DNA of 64,000 nt, from the NCBI GenBank assembly GCA_040755995.1, contig JBFMAF010000020.1, positions 161,452 through 225,451 of the forward strand. Direction: 5' to 3'. The notes below the pieces were generated by a model, which was not told where the DNA came from, did not search any database, and saw only the letters and a program-made list of their open reading frames with translations. Position 1 is the stretch's first letter; every line of letters begins with the position of its first letter. Both the position numbers and the translations under genes were made by a program. The stretch is from Acidobacteriota bacterium (GTDB taxonomy: Bacteria > Acidobacteriota > CAIWXX01). Positions 57,668-64,000 of the stretch are shown here, piece by piece.

Positions 57668-58966
57668 ATGAAGGATAGGAACTTCACCGTTCTCTCGGCG
57701 CTTTTCGGGGCCGTGTGGTTTCTTGGATCGGCGTTCGCCCAGGTCCGCGACCCAGTTCCCTCCTCAGACGCTGCTCCGGGTGCCTCCGCTTGCAGAGCCC
57801 CCGTTTCCACTGCCTCCCCTTACTCCTGGCTGAACCAGGAAAAGAGCGCCACGGTGCCGTTCAGGCTTCTGCGCAACCACATCCATTTCGAGGCCGAGAT
57901 CAACGACGGCAAGAAGGTCGAGTTGATTCTCGACACCGGCATGCCACTCCCTGGGATCCTCCTGTTCGGCGACCCCGCCTTGAGCCGACTCGGTCTGTCC
58001 AGTTCTGAAAAAACCCGCAGCGCGGCGTGCGGTAGCGAATCGTCGCCGGCCAAAGAAGCGACCGGGGTGACGTTGAAGATAGGCGACCTGCTGCTCAAGG
58101 ACCAGAAAGTCATCGTCTCCCCCGACAGCGTGCAGTCGTCTGCATGCGCGCCCGGCCAGGTCAGCCGGCAGGAAGACGCCCTCGGCGTCATCGGCTACGA
58201 GCTGTTCAGTCGCTTTCTGGTCGCGATCGACTATGACCGCATGCTGCTTACTTTTTCCGAACCTGCCGGTTTCGCCTATCAGGGCCGCGGCAACCGGATC
58301 CCACTGACATTCGAATCCAACATCCCGACCGTCGACATCGCCGTCCGCCTCGATGGCGGACAATCCCTCTCTTTGAAGACGGTGCTGGACCTCGGCGCAT
58401 CCCACGCGCTGTCCTTGAACCAGGAGAGCGATCCTGGAATCCGCCTGCCAGCCAAGACCATCGAATCCTGGAGTCGCCTAGGGGGTACGGAAATAAAGGG
58501 TCGGATGGGGAGGGTCAAAGCTCTGTCCCTCGGGACTTGTTTTCTGGAACATCCCTTGGTCACCTTCACCTCCACCCGGGTATGCCCCATGGAAAAGAAC
58601 GGCAACCTTGGAAACGAGACGTTGCGGCGTTTTAACCTGATTTTCGACTATTCCAGGCGCGAGCTGATCGCCGAACCAAACAGCCATTTGCGTGAGCCTT
58701 TCGAGGCCAGCATGAGCGGGTTCCAGGCTCTCCCACTGCAGAATGGCGAATGGATCGTCAACCACCTGCTGCCGGATTCACCGGCGGCGGAGGCGGGGTT
58801 GCGGGAAGACGATCGCCTCACGGAGATCAACGGCCTTCCGGGCGGCGAGATGTCTGTGGACGACCTGTACAGGGCCTCGACAAAGGAGGGCGCCAGCCTG
58901 ACGCTGTCCGTTCGGCGAGGGGACCAGCGGTTCACGGTGACCTTGAAACTGCGTCCCTTGATTTGA
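57668..58966 (+). CDS. Secreted tandem retropepsin-like aspartyl protease with PDZ domain
   Basis: ILDTG / GVIG and VLDLG / GNLG lobes; SPAAEAGL..DD....ING PDZ. Confidence 0.85.
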   Translation: MKDRNFTVLSALFGAVWFLGSAFAQVRDPVPSSDAAPGASACRAPVSTASPYSWLNQEKSATVPFRLLRNHIHFEAEINDGKKVELILDTGMPLPGILLFGDPALSRLGLSSSEKTRSAACGSESSPAKEATGVTLKIGDLLLKDQKVIVSPDSVQSSACAPGQVSRQEDALGVIGYELFSRFLVAIDYDRMLLTFSEPAGFAYQGRGNRIPLTFESNIPTVDIAVRLDGGQSLSLKTVLDLGASHALSLNQESDPGIRLPAKTIESWSRLGGTEIKGRMGRVKALSLGTCFLEHPLVTFTSTRVCPMEKNGNLGNETLRRFNLIFDYSRRELIAEPNSHLREPFEASMSGFQALPLQNGEWIVNHLLPDSPAAEAGLREDDRLTEINGLPGGEMSVDDLYRASTKEGASLTLSVRRGDQRFTVTLKLRPLI

Positions 58967-59285
58967 TGCCGCAGCGGACATGGCTGCGGGTCTTGGCGGC
59001 GGGTGACGCCTACCAAGTGTAGAGGCTGCAGGGAAAGAGGGCGGCCTTGCGAGGCTGTCTGTGGCCGGAGCTGAGAGTGTCGTATATGGATTGCTGTGAG
59101 GCGTCGAGGTGCAGCCGTCCTGCGACGATGCAGAGCCGCTGGAGCCTCCCATTGGATGAGCCTGTGGTGCGGCGGTGGCGGCAAGAACAGGATCGATGCG
59201 AGAATGGACGAGTACGCGACACCATCCGGCCCCCGTTGGCCACAGCCGCAGTGCGAGAGATTCCGTTCTCAAGGAGGTGACACTG

Positions 59286-61076
59286 ATGCGAACTTCTGAA
59301 GCCCGCCTGGCCTATTCGAGCCAAGTACTGCGAATCGCACTGATCTTGGGATCGATGGTGCTCATCTCCTTCGCGGCAACCGCAGATGCCGCAGCGGACA
59401 TCTGGGTCAGCCATGTCTGCTTCGACCATGGATGGAGAACGAGTTTCGCCGTGTACTACAGCGGAACCGAGAGTTCGGCGAAATTCACCGTGTCGCGGTT
59501 CACAGACGGCGGCGGACTCCGGGGATCTCCGGCGACGTTCGGCGCGAAGCAGAACAAGTGGACATCCGTGCCGGAAAAGCTCCTGGCCTACAGTGGAAGC
59601 GCCCGGGTTCAATCGAACCAGAGCCTTCAACTCAAGGCGACATACCGGCACGGGCCCACGGGTAGAGCCGTCGAGCTGCTTCTGAGCGGCGATGCCAGGC
59701 AGGATTGGGTGCTCTACAACAGCCGCTCGCCGGACTACGACCGGTCGGGAGTCGCGTTGGTGAACTCGAGCGACGCGCGGGCCACGGTGACGCTGGAGGC
59801 ACGGCGAGGGGGACAGAAGGTGGGCGTGCGGTCGGTCTCGCTCACGCCGTACGCGCGGTACGCGAAGTACTGTGATGAAATCTGGAGCGGCCTCTCGTAC
59901 AGGGATTTCGACAAGGTGACCATCCGGGCCTCGGTCCAGTTCGCCCAGCCCGCGTGGATCGTCGACAACCTCAATCACGACCGCCGTCTGATCTCCGCCG
60001 CGATGCCTCTCAGCACGACTAACCTCGCTATCGTCAACGGCACGCTGATTGACGGCACCGGAAGACCGGTGGTGCCTGACGCCGCGGTACTGATCGAATC
60101 CGGCATCATCACCGCGGCCGGGAGAAGGGGTGAGTTGAAGATACCCCGCGGGACTCCAACGATCGATGTGGGCGGCGGCTACATTCTGCCAGGGTTCATC
60201 AATGCCCACGTACACAACGCCTTCAACCGGGTCAACCTGAGCCAGTGGGCCTCGGAGGGAGTCACCAGTGTGCGGGACGTTGGAGCCCGCCATCCCGACA
60301 GCGCCCTGATTCTCAGGGACGGCGTGAGATTCACTCCATCTTACTCGCGTCTGCTCACGGCTGGTCCGCTCGTCACGGTTCCAGGCGGCTATCCGCTCGA
60401 CACTTTCCCGGCTCTGACGGTCACCTCTCCGGAGGACGCTCGCGCAAAGATAAGCGGTCTGATCGACCAGGGTGTGGACCTCATCAAGATCACGCTCGAG
60501 CCCGGTGGTGGCGCGTTGCCCACCTTGACAAGGGAAGAGGTGGAGGCCATTGTGGACACGGCGCACAAGCGCCGGATCCCGGTGACGGCCCATGTGACCC
60601 GCGCCGACATGCTCCAGCTTGCCGTCGATTCGGGCGTGGACTTCATCGAGCACATCCCTCTGGATCGGATCGAGGACAGTCTCATCGACCGGATGGTCCG
60701 TGCCGGCACCATCGTTGTGCCGACCCTGACCGCTCTCGGCAACTACGGTCAGTCGGTTGAGAATCTCAGACGATTTCATGCCGCTGGCGGAAGGGCGGCC
60801 ATGGGCAATGATGGGGGCTACCTCGCGGGGCTGGAGATCGGCATGCCGATCTCGGAACTCCTTGCTATGCAGGCCGCAGGAATGAGTCCAATGCAGGTCA
60901 TCGTATCCGCAACCAAGATGGCGGCGGAAATCTGCCGGCTGGGCAGGATGCTCGGCACTATTGAAACCGGCAAGCAGGCCGACATATTGGTCGTCAAGGA
61001 CGACCCCCTCAGGGACCTCAACAACCTGCTTGATGTGGGCTGGGTGATCCACGGCGGTGAGGTCATCGTCCCATGA
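59286..61076 (+). CDS. Secreted amidohydrolase with an extra N-terminal beta-rich domain
   Basis: ILPGFINAHVH, IKI, TAH, IEH, GNDGG, GTIETGKQAD; signal peptide. Confidence 0.85.
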   Translation: MRTSEARLAYSSQVLRIALILGSMVLISFAATADAAADIWVSHVCFDHGWRTSFAVYYSGTESSAKFTVSRFTDGGGLRGSPATFGAKQNKWTSVPEKLLAYSGSARVQSNQSLQLKATYRHGPTGRAVELLLSGDARQDWVLYNSRSPDYDRSGVALVNSSDARATVTLEARRGGQKVGVRSVSLTPYARYAKYCDEIWSGLSYRDFDKVTIRASVQFAQPAWIVDNLNHDRRLISAAMPLSTTNLAIVNGTLIDGTGRPVVPDAAVLIESGIITAAGRRGELKIPRGTPTIDVGGGYILPGFINAHVHNAFNRVNLSQWASEGVTSVRDVGARHPDSALILRDGVRFTPSYSRLLTAGPLVTVPGGYPLDTFPALTVTSPEDARAKISGLIDQGVDLIKITLEPGGGALPTLTREEVEAIVDTAHKRRIPVTAHVTRADMLQLAVDSGVDFIEHIPLDRIEDSLIDRMVRAGTIVVPTLTALGNYGQSVENLRRFHAAGGRAAMGNDGGYLAGLEIGMPISELLAMQAAGMSPMQVIVSATKMAAEICRLGRMLGTIETGKQADILVVKDDPLRDLNNLLDVGWVIHGGEVIVP

Positions 61077-61361
61077 AGAGGTTGCTTCATCCGAAAGGAG
61101 ACGTCCGGGTTCGTGCAGCGGTTGTGAGTGTCAGGGACATTCCGAACCGTCGCGCGCCAATCCGTGCGTGCGGTCTCCGGAAGAGACCCTGCGCTCGCAG
61201 CGATTCTCGAGACGAAATACCTCAGCCGGGGCGGGTGGTCCGGCGGCCGAGGCAGTCAAGCGAGTCCGCCGGCGCATTGCACCTTTCTCCTCTGGAACTC
61301 GCCTATCCGAGTAGGAGAACTGTAGCGAGCGGGATCATTCGCAACGAAGGGAGATAGCTCG

Positions 61362-62633
61362 ATGAGGAATCTCAGATTCGCGCGGCTGGCGGTCCTCGCG
61401 GCGTTGGCGCTGCTTCTCTTGTCCGGTTCCACGCCGACATCGTCTAGGGTCGCCGATTCGCTCGTGACCGGCCCCTATCTCGGCGAGACGCCGCCGGGGA
61501 AGGTGCCAAAGGTCTTCGCGCCCGGCCTTGTCTCGACAAGCGCGGCCGCTGAATGGGGGATCGCATTCAGTCCGGACGGCTGGCAGTTGTACGTTACACG
61601 CCGCAGCACCGAGGACCCGACAAACGGCATCTGGTACATGAAGGCGAAGAACACAGTCTGGTCGGGCCCGTCTTCCGCCCCGTTCAACACGAACAGGGTT
61701 GACATGGAACCTTTCGTCACGTACGACGGAAAAACGCTGTTCTTCAGCTCCGACCGTCCGCACAACGGAGTGATTGCCGGCAGGATCTGGGGAGTCGACA
61801 TCCTGAAGTCCGGATGGAGCCCGGCCTGGTATGCTTCCGGTCCGATCAACGATGACTTCTCGATGTACTTGACAATCTCGAAAGCGGGGACTGCCGTCTA
61901 CACTGGGCCGAACGAAGATCTGTACTCGGCCACGTATGAGAACGGGAGCTTTTCGAACCCGATGAGGCTCGGGCCACCCATCAGCACCGAAGACTATGAG
62001 GAGACTCATCCATTCATCGCAGTTGACGGAAGCTTCATCGTCTTTGATTCCCCCCGGAGCGGCCGGTACGGGGACACCGACTTCTATATCGCCTTCCGCA
62101 AAGGAGGCAATTCATGGTCGGATCCCGCCAACCTTGGTCCGGTCCTCAACGGAACTGGGGGAGAGCTCTGTGCCTATGTCTCTCCCGATCGCAAGTACTT
62201 CTTCTTCGGCCGGTTCATTGGCGACACCTGCGACATTTACTGGGTTGATTCAAGCGTCTTGAAAAGCCTGCGTCCCAGTGACATGACCTGCTCGGCCGTC
62301 ACGATCAAACCGGGAATCGTGACAAGAGGGGAGAGCGCGGAACTCGGTGCCAAGATCACCAACCGAAGTGGCGTCTACTCGATGTCCACAAGCGCGAGCT
62401 TCTATCTCGACAAGAGCCGGAAGATAGGAGATCAGTCGATACCGCTCGGAAGTGCCGACATCGATTCATTGGGCCCGCACAAGTCAACGGTCTTGAAACT
62501 GAGCACGACTGTCCCTACGGACCCCGCGGGCGGGTACTACCTCCTGGCATCGGTGGACTACGATGACTGGAACTGCGATCCGAATCGGAAGAACAACACG
62601 GCGAGTCGCAAGCAGTTGGTCGTCGTAAAGTGA
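61362..62633 (+). CDS. Secreted PD40/TolB-like propeller protein with a C-terminal CARDB-like domain
   Basis: GPYLGETPPG, FSPDG, FFSSDR, VSPDRKYFFF; YYLLASVD...NN. Confidence 0.8.
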   Translation: MRNLRFARLAVLAALALLLLSGSTPTSSRVADSLVTGPYLGETPPGKVPKVFAPGLVSTSAAAEWGIAFSPDGWQLYVTRRSTEDPTNGIWYMKAKNTVWSGPSSAPFNTNRVDMEPFVTYDGKTLFFSSDRPHNGVIAGRIWGVDILKSGWSPAWYASGPINDDFSMYLTISKAGTAVYTGPNEDLYSATYENGSFSNPMRLGPPISTEDYEETHPFIAVDGSFIVFDSPRSGRYGDTDFYIAFRKGGNSWSDPANLGPVLNGTGGELCAYVSPDRKYFFFGRFIGDTCDIYWVDSSVLKSLRPSDMTCSAVTIKPGIVTRGESAELGAKITNRSGVYSMSTSASFYLDKSRKIGDQSIPLGSADIDSLGPHKSTVLKLSTTVPTDPAGGYYLLASVDYDDWNCDPNRKNNTASRKQLVVVK

Positions 62634-62754
62634 GGACCTTGCATGCCGCTGTTTCCGCATACCGTGAGGCTACTCCAGTCGGCCGGCATCTCGGCCGGAC
62701 GCAACATGGGATGACCTCTTCACGATCGAAGAGGAGCGTTCCTTCGCGAACATT

Positions 62755-63234
62755 ATGAGTCAAGGAGTCGAGAAGGATATGACGTGCTGGGCATCCCTCC
62801 TGTTCGCCTCTGCCATTCTCCTCATCGCGCACCAGACCCCGTGCCATGCCCGCGAACCGGCGGAATCCATCGCGGCGACAGCGCAGGATGAGGCCAACGC
62901 CGAGCTGGCTTGGCTCGACGGCACATGGATCGGCACCGGTTGCCAGCGAACAGGGACGGCCAAGGCGTTCTCGATCAAGGCCGTGTTGAACACCAAGAAA
63001 GGGACGTACAAGGCGCAGTACTCGTCCCTTCCCTGCACGGGATCCTGGTCGATCCTCGCGTCAGACGGGTGTCAGGTCAAGTTCAGCGAAACAATCGAAT
63101 CCGGCGACTGCGATCCGGGAACGGTCATCGTTACGCAGCTCGTACTGATCGGCAACCAGTCGAGGTACATCACGTGGACCCTGTACGCGGCGGACGGTAC
63201 CTTGAAGGCATGGGCGACATTGAAAAGGAGCTGA
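62755..63234 (+). CDS. Hypothetical secreted protein
   Basis: Signal-peptide-like N-terminus; WLDGTWIG, Y.SL.C.G.W; paired Cys. Confidence 0.55.
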   Translation: MSQGVEKDMTCWASLLFASAILLIAHQTPCHAREPAESIAATAQDEANAELAWLDGTWIGTGCQRTGTAKAFSIKAVLNTKKGTYKAQYSSLPCTGSWSILASDGCQVKFSETIESGDCDPGTVIVTQLVLIGNQSRYITWTLYAADGTLKAWATLKRS

Positions 63235-63272
63235 GCGAGGTCACGGTCTTGTGCGTCGGAAAGGAGCGGCGA

Positions 63273-64000
63273 ATGCAGACGATTCATCCGCAACGAGTTC
63301 TCGGGCATGCCCTTATCTGCCTATGCGCCTGCGCACTTGCAGGAACCGCCTCTTTCGCTCTGTTGGGTGGTGAGATGGCGGCCCCGTCGTTCACGAGGAG
63401 CTCGCAAGACCTTCCGTTCCTGATGACCCGTCAGGTGGCCTTGGGGGATCTGGACGAAGACGGCGACCTCGACGCGGTCTTCGCCAACATGGGGACCAAC
63501 GATTCGCTCGTCTGGCTGAACAATGGGACCGGCCGTTTCTCGGATTCAGGGCAGAAACTCACGCGGCAAGGGCATGGTGTCGCTGTCAGAGACCTGGATG
63601 GGGACGGCGACAGAGACATCTTCATCGCCTGTGCGGAGTACAACGACCATCCACTGCCGTCGAGAATCTACCTCAACGACGGCAATGGACAATTCAGCGA
63701 CTCAGGCCAGAACCTGGGTGACGGCGCGAAGAGCGGTGTCGAGGTTGCGCTGTTCGATGTCGACGGAGATCGGGACCTGGATGCGATGGTCGGGTACTAC
63801 CCGGATGAATCCAAGATCTATCGCAACGACGGTCACGGACGATTCTCTGACTCCCGGATTGCCGTCAGTGGCATGCCCTTCCCCGCCGATCTGAACCGCG
63901 ACGGCTTCATTGACTTCTTCATCAAGGATCTCGGCCGGGGATATCAAACTCTGGTGAACGATGGGAAGGGTCATTTCAAGAAACGCTGGTCGTTGAACAG
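63273..64000 (+). CDS. FG-GAP/VCBS repeat protein (runs off the window)
   Basis: RBS AAGGAG; signal peptide; repeated DLDxDGDxD and WLNNGxGxF. Confidence 0.85.
   Translation, partial: MQTIHPQRVLGHALICLCACALAGTASFALLGGEMAAPSFTRSSQDLPFLMTRQVALGDLDEDGDLDAVFANMGTNDSLVWLNNGTGRFSDSGQKLTRQGHGVAVRDLDGDGDRDIFIACAEYNDHPLPSRIYLNDGNGQFSDSGQNLGDGAKSGVEVALFDVDGDRDLDAMVGYYPDESKIYRNDGHGRFSDSRIAVSGMPFPADLNRDGFIDFFIKDLGRGYQTLVNDGKGHFKKRWSLN

Noticed and set aside
1..64000. CRISPR array or cas operon to go with the Csm2-like gene
   Set aside because: No regularly spaced 25-45 bp direct repeats and no Cas1, Cas10 or Cas7 motifs were seen

Overview
A GC-rich bacterial window. The gene content (many secreted TPR, beta-propeller and Ig-like proteins, LytS/LytTR, sigma54 sites) suggests an anaerobic Acidobacteriota-like host, but that is inference only. 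Clear items: the end of a cbiQO ECF transporter, tRNA-Ala(GGC) divergent from an intact hgcA-hgcB mercury-methylation pair, four intact PIN (VapC-type) toxin-antitoxin pairs, a LytS/LytTR two-component system, an ECF sigma factor, a truncated IS3-family element and many secreted hydrolases. Two accessory zones (about 1-14 kb and 42-53 kb) are mosaics of TA genes, diverged local duplications and abruptly truncated gene scraps. The best candidates for undescribed systems are: (i) a three-gene operon encoding a LysM plus papain-like peptidase, a lipoprotein, and a stand-alone Csm2-like helical protein with no cas genes or CRISPR array in the window; (ii) a translationally coupled ABC-type ATPase plus putative nuclease pair in a defence-like island; (iii) a three-gene RHH-like / unknown / ADP-ribosyltransferase-like unit. 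All family assignments come from reading motifs by eye; no database search was run.
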